A DNA stretch of 63,924 bases, counting the filler, from Phoronis australis (Eukaryota; Animalia; Phoronida): NCBI GenBank assembly GCA_002633005.1. It is 7 parts of 7 records of this genome, joined end to end, with 100 filler letters (N's around TTAATTAATTAA, not from the genome) between each part and the next. Parts side by side here need not be neighbours in the genome. Positions count along the whole stretch, not along the records: positions 1 to 9,514 come from NMRA01001813.1; positions 9,615 to 17,491 come from NMRA01001144.1; 5 more parts are not named here. One strand, given 5' to 3'. Of this stretch, positions 1 to 11,524 are shown in pieces. The first letter of the stretch is position 1; each line of letters begins with the position of its first letter. The notes below the pieces were generated by a model. It was not told where the DNA came from, made no database searches, and saw only the letters and a list, made by a program, of their open reading frames with translations. Made by a program: the position numbers and the translations under genes.

Positions 1-770
1 TGCCACCAGGAAAGACTGAAAACAACGTCAGACTAGTTCATTCTCTAGAAGAAGGACGACACCTGAGAAGTTTAGTGCATATTTTTGTGAAGTGCCATTC
101 AAAATCTATTAAAAAGGGAAATTGCAAGCCTCCAAGATTGTTCACGAGGCTAGCGCAAGACAAATAATCGAGATTAGTCGTCCAGTTTAACAATGATTCT
201 TGCATTTTACGGATGGTGCTGGTGCGAATGGTCACGTCGCAAGTCGGGGAGTTAATCAAACAGCCTCCCCCCAAATACATCCATTGGACTTACGCTTGGA
301 CTTACTTTTGAAGCACAGAAAAGGTAAAAATGCGACATTTCCAATTACTCGCCCCCAACTTACTTTTTTCTCTGATGTTACGAGGTGAAGTCTCCTCCAG
401 AGATGGCGATATGAAGGAGAGCATACTACCAAACATTTCAGTGCGTGTCGAGATTACAACCTTCTATAGATATTATGCTCCAGGATGTGCATAACTTTTC
501 AAAAATAGTCTCGAACCCTAACTGTATTAGCATTAGAATCTGGTGTGGCTCTGTGACACCTGGTTCAGGATTGGCCAATCAACGAGGAAGTCAACCCACG
601 ACTAAAATTTGCAGTTTGTTCCCCTTACATTACTCCGTAGACAACGCTTCACTACAAATTGACGGGAAAACTGATTATTCATTAGGGGCCATGCACTGAG
701 CTTTAGAACGCGTACGGCCATGCTTTATTTTTGGCAGCATCTATGGAAATTAAGAGAGGGTGCATGTTAC

Positions 771-952
771 CTTCTTGGGATTCAAAACGTAGCTTTTAAG
801 ATCGCCGTGCTCCATAAAAGGCAACACAACCATAGGCACGTCGTCCTTGATTACAATTCCGCATAGGGAAAGCACATTTTGATGACGGAAATCCTTCATC
901 ATCAGACCCTCCTCAAGAAATTCGGTCACTGTCGCTGCGGAGATATCAGCAT
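771..952 (-). CDS. MET-like tyrosine kinase, subdomains III-V exon
   Basis: EFLEEGLMMKDFRHQNVLSLCGI...VVLPFMEHGDL closely matches MET [22 protein letters not shown]...VVLPYMKHGDL. Boundaries are tag| and |gtaa. Confidence 0.9.
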
Positions 953-1690
953 CTACAACAACAGGAGAGCGGCGATAATTTAGTGACACAATAGGTGAAA
1001 AATATATTTTTTGAGATCAGTACCACGACTGAGGCGACGGCTCTAAAACCCAGTATGTCCCTTCAATTAACCCGTTAAATACAACGTCGATTGCTTGTTC
1101 ATGTTAAAGCTCCAGTCGTACACGTCATGCGACGCGTCTACATGAGCAAGGGAAAATAGTGAGATTGTCAAGTGGCTGTCGTATGATGTTTAAATGTACG
1201 GCATTAAATGCCATGGTAGAAGTTCGTCGTAAACTTTTGAAATTATACCTATATCGTACTTCAATCAGATCTGCGACAGATCTATATCGTATACAGATAC
1301 ATTAATGACGCGAGAGAACAGTACCACGACCGCCCTACTTTAAGCGCAAAAGAGTCGTGCTGTTTCAACAGCTTACAGTTTTGCAAAGACATTTTAATGT
1401 TTTAGAAACACTCGTGTGATTTACCCTTCAAAACTTTGAACTCATCGCACGACAGACGCAATCGTTCTCGAATGGATTTCTCGCGAGTTGATATTGAAGT
1501 TACTATTGGAAACTTGGTATGACTTCAAGAATGCCCCAATAAGCTACAAGTACAAATGCTACCCCTCAGTAACAACAATTATAGAGCTGACGTATCGCTG
1601 TTTTGTATTGAACTTCACGAATGAACACGAAATTCTTGGTGTCGAGCTGCCACAGTAATTTAAACAGATATTAAGGCTTTATGCAAATAC

Positions 1691-1888
1691 CTCGTAACTG
1701 TTTCACTGCGACGTCTTTCGAGTTGATGAAATGTTCATCTAACAGCTCTGCCTTGATGACCTTGCCGAAATGTCCTTTGCCCAGCACGTGCTCCTCATTG
1801 AGAAGCAGACGATCGGGATGAAGCTGGCTACCTTGAATGCGCATCTTGAGCACAGGATCCAATCTTTCCAAGAACTGCTTCCGAATTA
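1691..1888 (-). CDS. MET-like tyrosine kinase, subdomains I-II exon
   Basis: LGKGHFGKV glycine loop and VAVK lysine. Phase 1 at both ends, compatible with the flanking exons. Confidence 0.9.
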
Positions 1889-2322
1889 CTGTATCATGAA
1901 ATAAAAGCAACACGGGTTGTTGATAAGTGCCCACATTGTGCATCGCAAATGACAAAGTCATATTAAATGGGTGCTCATTTTTCAACATTTCCACGCACTA
2001 CAACGAGATACGGGATGCAGTGTAAGTCATTCGAAAATTGGCAACTGCAATCCTGCTGCATTGCGCCCTTGTTAGCTGTAAATGTTGATTCCTTAATCGA
2101 AGCGCTTTGGGATTTTTAAAAAAGAATAACCAGATTAATCTGATCCTGAACTATTGTCTAATGAGCCGGCAGTGCAAGTCACAGGCAATGCGTATATGCG
2201 CCATTTTCGAACCACAATTTTAAGTCCGGCCAATACAATAAACTCTGGAGCATTAATGCATTAGATGTTCTTGTTGGTAAAGGAAGTAGAACCACGCCGG
2301 TAGGAAACAATAAACGATCTCA

Positions 2323-2562
2323 CATGCGCGTACCCAGGAGGGGAGGGGCTCGGGAGGCGAAGTGGGTAAAAAAGGTCCGCCTCAGAGAAACAAAAAGTCC
2401 GAGAAAACGAGACAAAATTCCACTAAAAAGGCGCAGACGCACAATTCACAGACCTGAAGGTGGTAAACCGTTTTTTTCAGTCCTCTCGCTTTTTTTGTTA
2501 GCAAAAGGTCCACTTTGTCAGAGATCCAACCCCTTCCAAATTAAAGGCTGGGTGCGCGCATG
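2323..2562. mobile_element. MITE with 15-bp TIRs (CATGCGCGTACCCAG...CTGGGTGCGCGCATG)
   Basis: TIRs with one mismatch and internal AAAAGGTCC motifs. Related copies at 11274-11524 and about 22660-22905. Confidence 0.7.
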
Positions 2563-3849
2563 CCTTATTCGACTTTTGTTTTTAACCAGCTAAACAGGCC
2601 GAGATCTGGCATGACTTGCTTCAAGGGGTTTACTAAAATTACTCTTAACCCATTAAAACTCCCACTAGGAAGAACAGCACAGGTCGGGACTGTTCAAAAA
2701 CGGGCAAGTGCTGCCCTCTCGTAGATAATATCCCATCTGTCAAATTTCATCTAACCTCGCTGATATTGCCAAAGAAACGTATAAAATTGAATCTACTACA
2801 AGGAAGAGGCAGCAGAGGACAGAATAGTAAAACGATCGACGCCAGTCGAGTTTCTGTCAACAGAAACCCATTTGTCAAATCTCGTAACGATTCTTTAACC
2901 TGTTTGGCAGATAAAAAGGCGAATCCAAACACAAATACCAAAAATACTAAAACTGGTGGGTAACTGAACTTGCTGGAGCCGTAACAGGCACAGCCTTCTT
3001 CTATAAAAATGCATCTGTCAAATTTCATGGAGTTTCTCCGAGGTATACGGTAGTTGCAGAGGCAGAAGCCGTGCACATACAAAGTCCACGTTAACGATCT
3101 CTTATAGAGTTGCTGGACGCAAGTTTGGCTAATAACACGATTAAAATTACAATCAGGATTTTTGATCCGGGTACAACCAATCCCCAAACCTCATGTGACT
3201 ACAAGATGTGTCCGCGTACATGGTACATGCACGTGGGAGCATAAAAATCTCAGTTCAATATTTGTAAATAAAGACAAAATTCAATAATAAAGTAAAGCAT
3301 TCATGTAGAATGGTGCCTCAGACCAGACCAAAAGAGCATTCTCTGTGCCGGTTAGTTGGGCTTCATTGTAGTCTATCTAGTATCTAGTGCTCCACAGGAG
3401 AAGCGGCTACAGTGTTAACCTGTGGCTGAGTTCTGTAACGCTGAGACCTACGCTAGGATTCCGCTAAAATGTAACCAAAATCACGTGTTCTCGTTTAAAA
3501 TACAGGGCAGCATCTCACGAAGTCTTGCGAGGTCCTACGGTTACTTAACTCTACCCAATGACGCTAATACACTGTAATTATCTCCTTAGAAAACCAAGAT
3601 CTCGCGAGATTCTGCGAGTTATCGTCGTAATTTCATTGACAGCACGTGCATTTCACTAGATTTTTTCTCCCTGTGAGACATTTATTTAACTCGACCCATG
3701 ACTGCATTATGTAGACCCAAAACACTCGCGAGAAAATTATTGTGATCACTTTCTTGGGTTGTAAGGTATAACAATAACTTGCAGACCTGCGTGATCTCGT
3801 GTTTTCGCGCGTTTCTTGCGTCTGCGACACACACGTTCAATTTACAACC

Positions 3850-4480
3850 CTGTCACCTTCCAAGGTCTGCTGACTTCGGTAGACTACCAAGCCAGGATTC
3901 CAACTAAGTGTTGTTCGGCCACTGTATGGCTACACTTCGTATTCAGGTCAAAGTACTTTTGATCCAGTCATTTTCACAAGCAGGTTATGAAAAGGATAAT
4001 GCAGTTAAGGCGTACTTCGCAGCCCCAATTAATTTAAACAAAATTATTTCACAAGGTCTTTCAGTAAAACTTCAATGCACATTTCTGACATTCATCTCCA
4101 ACAATCCTTTAAAAGGATACCAGACCCGGGTTTAGCCTTTTAATAGATACTAAAAACGACTTTCCCATCCAGTTCTCTAGAACAAAGTAATGCTTGGTAA
4201 TCCACGACAACCCTCAAAAGTTTGGAGGGAAGTTTGAAAACCCCTTTCAAAGTCTGCTGAACGGGCAAGCGTGACTTACGCTTTTAGCGAGTTACAAGAC
4301 AACTGTGGGAAATTAAGACCACCCACCAAGGATCGTAATGTCCAATTTGTGAGATAGTGGTATGAGCTTTCAGTTGATTCCTGCTTTTATCTGGTACGTT
4401 TGACGCCAAAGTTACATTAACAGGTGACCGGGCAGAGCGAGGACTGGTTGAAATCATCCCAGCAGGGTTTAGTATCCTTT
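3850..4480 (-). mobile_element. Possible degenerate L1/Tx1 ORF2 3' relic (related pieces at 1-280 and 2590-3200)
   Basis: QES..NWT..VGGLNFP here resembles QES..NWT..LGGLQFP at 38-280 and the GGLxxP motif after LINE RT domains. Many stops. Confidence 0.3.
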
Positions 4481-4563
4481 TAAGAAGTTCATTCAGGGCC
4501 GACTCGAAACGATTATGGAGAATAGCTGCTATTGTATCATGAAATACAACGAGAAATACAAAC

Positions 4564-4810
4564 CTGGCACTTGGTAGACATTTTCCCCCATGTCCCCTCT
4601 CTCGTTCAGATACTTCATGTACATACTTTCTTGTTTCAGCCGACGACCTTGTTTCCTTTTATCCAAGACTAAACAAACGGTTAAGGTCACAAAAGCCAAG
4701 ATGAGGGCAAGTGCACCAAATCCGACTCCCATTCCAATTTTGAAAGCCTCTCTATCGGTAGATTTCCACTTCAAGAACCCCACGTTCACCTCGATATTTC
4801 CCACTTGCAC
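4564..4810 (-). CDS. MET/plexin-like RTK, transmembrane exon
   Basis: ttttctccag|VQVGNIEVNVGFLKW...IGMGVGFGALALILAFVTLTVCLVL-DKRK (TM helix plus basic stop-transfer)...ENVYQVP G|gt. Confidence 0.85.
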
Positions 4811-7399
4811 CTGGAGAAAAGCATGTTTCCAAAAGGTCATTTGACCTGTCATAGACTGCAAAGATCTGTGCAATTTGTGTGTAGTCTATGGGAGGTTCAT
4901 CTCTCTCCCACACACATATAAAAAGAAGAATAGTTTGCTAGAGGTCTTACTATGCGCAAAATTTGTTGAATAAATCCCCGACAATGATGTCAGATTATCG
5001 GACGCCACAGTCGTTTACTAAGTTGTAGCAAATATCGTGTGCAAACACGCTTGAATGGACAGTCGCTCAAATTAAGCAGAATCGTTATCATAAAGGAATA
5101 GAAGAATTTAGAGAACCCAGAGCGAGTTGGCAGATGAAGTGCTCTTTCCAACGCATACATGTAATAGCGGAGTTGCAACCGAATCGACTTAACGATTGCG
5201 CATGTCCGGAAATTAGGGTGCGCAAAGGCTACTGGGATTGTTGATGGTAAACGGGATGACCGACTGGTTTGCACGACGTGTAATTTGTGTGCATTAAACT
5301 ACGCTGCTGTATGTAATTCTGCCGCTATTCGCCCTAATTAGCGCCCATGGCTCAACAAGTGNNNNNNNNNNNNNNNNNNNNNNNNNNNNNNNNNNNNNNN
5401 NNNNNNNNNNNNNNNNNNNNNNNNNNNNNNNNNNNNNNNNNNNNNNNNNNNNNNNNNNNNNNNNNNNNNNNNNNNNNNNNNNNNNNNNNNNNNNNNNNNN
5501 NNNNNNNNNNNNNNNNNNNNNNNNNNNNNNNNNNNNNNNNNNNNNNNNNNNNNNNNNNNNNNNNNNNNNNNNNNNNNNNNNNNNNNNNNNNNNNNNNNNN
5601 NNNNNNNNNNNNNNNNNNNNNNNNNNNNNNNNNNNNNNNNNNNNNNNNNNNNNNNNNNNNNNNNNNNNNNNNNNNNNNNNNNNNNNNNNNNNNNNNNNNN
5701 NNNNNNNNNNNNNNNNNNNNNNNNNNNNNNNNNNNNNNNNNNNNNNNNNNNNNNNNNNNNNNNNNNNNNNNNNNNNNNNNNNNNNNNNNNNNNNNNNNNN
5801 NNNNNNNNNNNNNNNNNNNNNNNNNNNNNNNNNNNNNNNNNNNNNNNNNNNNNNNNNNNNNNNNNNNNNNNNNNNNNNNNNNNNNNNNNNNNNNNNNNNN
5901 NNNNNNNNNNNNNNNNNNNNNNNNNNNNNNNNNNNNNNNNNNNNNNNNNNNNNNNNNNNNNNNNNNNNNNNNNNNNNNNNNNNNNNNNNNNNNNNNNNNN
6001 NNNNNNNNNNNNNNNNNNNNNNNNNNNNNNNNNNNNNNNNNNNNNNNNNNNNNNNNNNNNNNNNNNNNNNNNNNNNNNNNNNNNNNNNNNNNNNNNNNNN
6101 NNNNNNNNNNNNNNNNNNNNNNNNNNNNNNNNNNNNNNNNNNNNNNNNNNNNNNNNNNNNNNNNNNNNNNNNNNNNNNNNNNNNNNNNNNNNNGCATACA
6201 AACTTCAAAACAAACGTCACGTGACAACAACATGTGTTCCCACAGAGATTTTTCTCGGGTTGCGTGCTACAATCTAGCGTAGATTTGGACTTAATCTGCA
6301 GTTAATCCAGACTTCACAAGAACTTAAAAATCTTAGAGACGCTATTTGGAAAACTTGAGGAGGATTTCAGGTAATTTGTTGAGTCAAAGCTGTATTCTTA
6401 TTTAAGAATTCAAGCCCTATCGACGATTGCGAGACCAGCAGCTACGCATTTGTCGGCAAGATTTCGTTAATGCCATACAAAAATTACGTGTATTTTTGTT
6501 GATTATTTTAACTGCTAAAATATGCCAGAGTCAAATTTGAAAATTGTGCCTATTTTATGATACTGTTCCTCCAATCTTGTCCGCCTCTTTCAGAACACAA
6601 CGTGATCCACAATACATGTATCAGCAAGTAAGAATAACCCAACATAGCAGACCAATGTGCCTGTGCTGCACCTTTGGATTTTCAAGCCTGTTAGCTGTAA
6701 GCGCGTTCGGGTAATACTCGTTAGCGCGTTAGGCGAATGATTCCTGAACCAATGAACATTCATATACACAAGATTACGTCACAAATTGCTGGTTGAGAAT
6801 GGGTTGTTTACCAAGAATTGTACAATAGAAAAAATACAGCCACTTGACCTTTTCATTTATTATGCAGGGCGAACCTAATTCAAATTTTGACAGACGCAGT
6901 GGAATCCGATAGTGTTGCTGTGTAATTGCTGACATGTTTTGTTGAGGTAACATTTGACATAAATAATGCATTCTGGGAAATGATGCCAGAGAAGAACACT
7001 GAGTGGGACTACTCTCTTGTTTAGACGACAATTTCAGAGACAAAGAGACACCATTGAGGACTAAGACTACTTTCAGTCTGTTTGGCACGATACCCTTGTG
7101 GTCTTGTCATGGAAATATGGTGCCCCGAAAATTATCCAGCAAACAGGGATGAATCCATTTCCATTACGTCAGTTTATAAGTTCACTATCCTTGATTTGAT
7201 GTTATATTGAAGTTAGTGAATGATATTTAAAGAACAACGAACTATATGCAGGACATCGGAATCTTCGTCTAACAAAGTCAGAAGTTAAAAGCCGAAGCAC
7301 TGCAAACTGACAAAAATCGATACACCACTGAGACGAGCGAGCCGTCACATTTATGTACAAGTGTACAAACTGATCCGTTAGTCGATACATGCAGGCCTA

Positions 7400-7765
7400 G
7401 CTTGGCGCGCTAACGTGTGAAATCCGTTCGCGTTAACAACTGACAGGCTTGGAATTCCATAACAAAGCCAATTAACGCGTTTTAATACATCCGGGGATAG
7501 ATTAACGCGCTAACGTGTAAAAACTTGTGCGCGTCAACAAGTGACAGGCTTGGAATTCCATAGCAAAGCCAATAAACGCGTTATTTGATATATTCTGGCC
7601 TAGATGATCGAGCTAACGTTAAAAACCCGTTCGCGTCAACAATTGTCAGGCTTGGAATTCCATAATAAAGCCAATTAACGCGTTTTTAATACATTCGGGT
7701 CTAGATTAACGTGCGTACATGTAAAAACTTGTGCGCGTCAACAAGTGACAGGCTTGAAATTCCAC
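7400..7765. repeat. About 101-bp tandem repeat, about 3.5 copies
   Basis: A gacaggcttggaattcca-like core recurs near 7442, 7543, 7645 and 7747. Confidence 0.8.
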
Positions 7766-7814
7766 ATGTACAGATATTTACGCCTGATTTTATAGTATAT
7801 CAGCTTCAACCGAC

Positions 7815-7988
7815 CTTCACATGGGGAGTTCGTCCAGTGCCAAAATTGTTTTCGTCTACTTTGGGTTGAGATTCCGGTGGTCGACAGACGATCTGGTTCG
7901 AAGATAGGTCTGTCACTGCACACTGAGCAGCAAGTCCCACGTAAACGGTGTAATCTTCAATGGCACAGCCGTAATTCATTTGTGAACC
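7815..7988 (-). CDS. MET/plexin-like RTK, last IPT exon
   Basis: cag|GSQMNYGCAIEDYTVYVGLAAQCAVTDLSSNQIVCRPP...PHVK|gt, an IPT/TIG motif. Confidence 0.8.
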
Positions 7989-8811
7989 CTGTGGTGAAAT
8001 GTTACCTTTAAAACCCGATAACAACGTAGAATAGATGACATTTATCACTTTCACGATTTCCCACTCCACTGTTACGGGATTGTTAAAGCTGTTATGTACT
8101 AGCGTTTAAATTAGACCACTTACATTGCTTTTCTATGAATTTACCTTTCATTTTTCCTAAATTTCTCAAAAAGACATGGTCACCAGACACAATTAATAGC
8201 AGATTGGTATAATGTCAAAAAATCGACTTCTACCATCTTTTTTATATGCAGTTAAAATCTATAGTTTGTACATATCTAGTTAGACAGACAGACATTTCCT
8301 ACAGACACGTATCGTATTTATCGGCCAAACCAACTAATTATCGAGTCTGGTCTCGCGTAATAGTATAACAAAGTGTCTGTTCATTTTAAGTCTAAGAATT
8401 AGCACCTCTCCTAATGTGAGTAGGCTAAGGAGAAGGTTCAGACGAACTTTGTAACAGTACTTGGTCGAAATTAAAAGTTATCTTTTCAAGGAAGGCGATA
8501 TTATGCTGCTTTACGAGACCAATTTGGAGAATTCACAGAATTCATGAGTTTAGTGTACACGTACTAGGGAAACAGCCTTTCAGTACGATGGAGAACATTA
8601 ATGAAGGTAGGCATGAGGCCATCAATACAGCTAGTGTCTTTGACGTAATTTCAACAACCAGACTTAAAAATGAAGACATTTATCAAGACCAAAGAAAGCG
8701 GCAATTGCTGTAATGCTTGAAAACAACTGTCTTACTGAGTTTGACCGCAGTTCCTGATAACAAAATGAGAGTTTTTAAAACAACTTTTGTTAATGAAACA
8801 AAGGCCTCTAC

Positions 8812-9111
8812 CTTAATGTTAATGAAAGGCCTCTCCTTCGGATCAAACATCATAACTTGACCAGGTTCCGTGAATTCGGATATAATAGGATTGGAAAACA
8901 CACGAATCCTTGAGTACTGTGGCAGGGATGAAGACAGGTTCGTGTAGGTCGGGACGCCATCTAGAATGAATCCTAAGTAAAACTCGAGATCGTCGTTGTT
9001 CAGTGATTGCTTGATCTGCTCCTCACGTTTTTGTCTTGATCCGTAGTTGTCAGGGAGAACGATATGCGGGGTTGGGCAGTCCATTGCAGTTGAATTTCTG
9101 ACGGTGCAAAT
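8812..9111 (-). CDS. MET/plexin-like receptor tyrosine kinase, IPT-region exon
   Basis: cag/GT-bounded 300-nt exon ICTVRNSTAMDCPTP...RQKR...FYLGFILDGV...FSNPIISEF...FINIK, a plexin/MET IPT-type pattern. Phase 0 join to the next exon. Confidence 0.8.
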
Positions 9112-9514
9112 CTGAAGGAGAGTTATGTAAGATGATGTACACATACTCTAACCTCAATCAACGCCAATGTGTGAATGAAACATAAAGAGAACATTTCTCT
9201 AAAACAAAAAATAGAACCCTGGTTTTCCTAACTTAAGTTTTGGGTTAATTTTTGTCACGACAAGAACGGGCACAGTATAAAGATTTCACTCGTTAATGAC
9301 TCATCTTCCCTCGTTGATGACTCATCTAAAGAGTTCGAAAATTTTGGAACTTCCAAGCATTATTTACTTTACAACAACGTCCTATATGAGGGCCATTTAT
9401 AAACGAAATCAATTTTGACCGAAGTTACCAAAGTAGGGCTTAGTATCTATTTAATATGACTGAATAAAAATCAAAGTTTTCAATAGCTACCGTGCTAAAA
9501 GTAGTAGAAGTGAC

Positions 9515-9614
9515 NNNNNNNNNNNNNNNNNNNNNNNNNNNNNNNNNNNNNNNNNNNNTTAATTAATTAANNNNNNNNNNNNNNNNNNNNNNNNNNNNNN
9601 NNNNNNNNNNNNNN
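9515..9614. other. Artificial contig linker (first of six identical 100-nt N-TTAATTAATTAA-N spacers)
   Basis: The same structure occurs at 17492, 42042, 49798, 53210 and 61726, with stops in all frames. Confidence 0.97.
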
Positions 9615-10262
9615 TCCATTTTATGCGCCCACATATTTATATGTGGACGCATTATACCGTCATCTCTGTCCGTCCGGCGTCCGCTGCTCTTTCTCCAAGA
9701 CCCTTTTGCACACATTCATGAAATTTGGCGCATATGTTCCATTTATGAATGGGACGGCATGAGCGAACTTTTGGACGGATCCGACTACCGGTGTGCCCCC
9801 TAGTGGCAATTTTGGTTTTTACGCTAACCGTTGTATCTTCAAAAGTCCTGAACGGATTTTCATTAAATTTGGTATGTAGGCACCTATTAGTGAGATGACG
9901 CTATCCTCCCGTTTTCGGATGCATTCGACGTAGTTTGCGCCACCTAGTGGCCATTTTTACTGTCTTTTTGCGTCCACCCCTCTATCAACCAAACCGCTCA
10001 AAGGATGATTGTGAAAATTGGTATGTATGTGCTTACTATGAAGAGAACGGTTGACGATGATTTTCCGACGATTTCGGCTACTGTGGCGCCTCCTAGTGGC
10101 AGTTTTGTTTTTTGCGCCTATGGCTGTATCTCCTATGTCGTTCACAGGATCTTTACGAAATTTAGTAAGTGTATTTATATGATGTTAACAACGTACGACG
10201 ACGACTTTTGGGCAGATTCGACTAAATTTTAGAAATGATGGGTTTCCGTGGATACCCAGGTT
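9615..10262 (+). mobile_element. HINE/DINE-1-like (Helentron-associated) non-autonomous element with three CTCF-like motifs
   Basis: 5' TTTTATGCGCCCACATA...TATGTGGACGCAT inverted repeat (9623-9652), GTCC microsatellite (9665-9683), recurring AAATTTGG-type subrepeats, and a 3' hairpin TGGGTTTCC-GT-GGATACCCA (10239-10258). Confidence 0.65.
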
Positions 10263-10387
10263 TATGTGCTTTGGGTTACCATAGAAGCATCCTTCAGAAA
10301 CCCCCCCCCCCAGCAAATTGGAAATGGGGCTTACTTAATTCTTGTGAACAATAGCCAGCTTAATTAAACGATTAAACGGTTTAGTTC

Positions 10388-11190
10388 TTAATGTTTATTC
10401 CTGGGGTTAAGGTTTATACTCTGAAAATTTGCCGTGTTTGCGATGATGTCATTCAGCTTATCTTGGTACTCAGACTTTCTAATCACAATACCATCATTGT
10501 CCCGAAGTTGTTTAGCGGCAGCGCGAACATCGGTTAAGACGTTTTTGGAATTTCTTGAGTTGGATCTGTTTTTGTCCCTTCTGCTTTCAGTTTTTCTTTT
10601 AATGTTCTTGCTAACATTAACAAAGCAGTCTCTCTCAAAGAGTTCAATATCATGGTATAGTTTTTCCAAGTTCAACATGTTTTTTTGTACGAATCAAATC
10701 GAGGTTCAAGGTGTACACTCATCGCTAATGACAGAAATTATGTTTATCATCTGTAAGTTGATGACAAATTTATTTTAGTGTTTTTGCTCTTGTGGTTTAA
10801 AGGTAGCACTTTTATATAAATTATAAAGGCCTTTTAATGACCGTGTTTGTAGACTTAGTCTGCTCTTTATCAGCATGCGAGTGGATACGTTGCAAAATTT
10901 CATGCATCCCAAGTGATTTTTTTCGTTTCCTTCAAATTGACGCCAAACTGTTTTGATTTGACTAGTCAAATTGCTGTTAGTTTTCGCATACCGTCACCAA
11001 TGTGTCTTGCAACAAGAATTGCTTCCTCTACTCAAGAGTGAAGGATCTCCTCGGACTGCAGCGAGTCATGGAGCTAATTATATTCTGTATGTGTATTTGG
11101 GTAGCAGACCTTCTTGGTACTGTACATTTGTTTCATTGAATAATAAGCTGTTCGTTAGCCTTTGATAGTTTGTTTAGCAATCTTTCGAAT
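10388..11190 (-). mobile_element. Degenerate Penelope-like retroelement ORF fragment
   Basis: AAKQLRDNDGIVIRKS...YQDKLNDII resembles the pre-RT LxxxxxIVIxxADKG...YxxK motif of PLEs. Broken into several short ORFs. Confidence 0.5.
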
Positions 11191-11273
11191 CGTTTACATC
11201 AATGTCATTCCGACGACGGGCGATAGTTGAAAGAGTAGATCATCGAACAATAGTGCCATCACAAACACAAAGT

Positions 11274-11524
11274 CATGGGCGCACCCAGGGGGGTTCGGGG
11301 GCTCGAACGAGCCCCCCAATTTGACGAATTTAGCGAAACAAACTTGGTTTCGGAGTACGGTAAACGAGACAAAAGTCCACAGGAATTCTGCGCTGATGTA
11401 CAATTCGTAGGCCTGAATCTAGTAGCCAAGTTTTTAGTCCCCTTTGATTTTTGTCAGTAAAAGGTCCGCATACCGAAAACTTCGAGCCCCACCTCCCCAA
11501 ACTTTTAGGCTGGGTGCGCGAATG
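11274..11524. mobile_element. MITE, same family as 2323-2562
   Basis: CATGGGCGCACCCAG...CTGGGTGCGCGAATG ends and an internal AAAAGGTCCG. Confidence 0.65.

Noticed and set aside
5294-6282. Long ORFs of X residues (also 12712-13535 and 22848-23317)
   Set aside because: They only span assembly gaps.
9515-9614. TTAATTAATTAA palindromes flanked by Ns (six times)
   Set aside because: Artificial concatenation linkers. Neighbouring fragments are not a real gene cluster, so cross-linker synteny was not interpreted.
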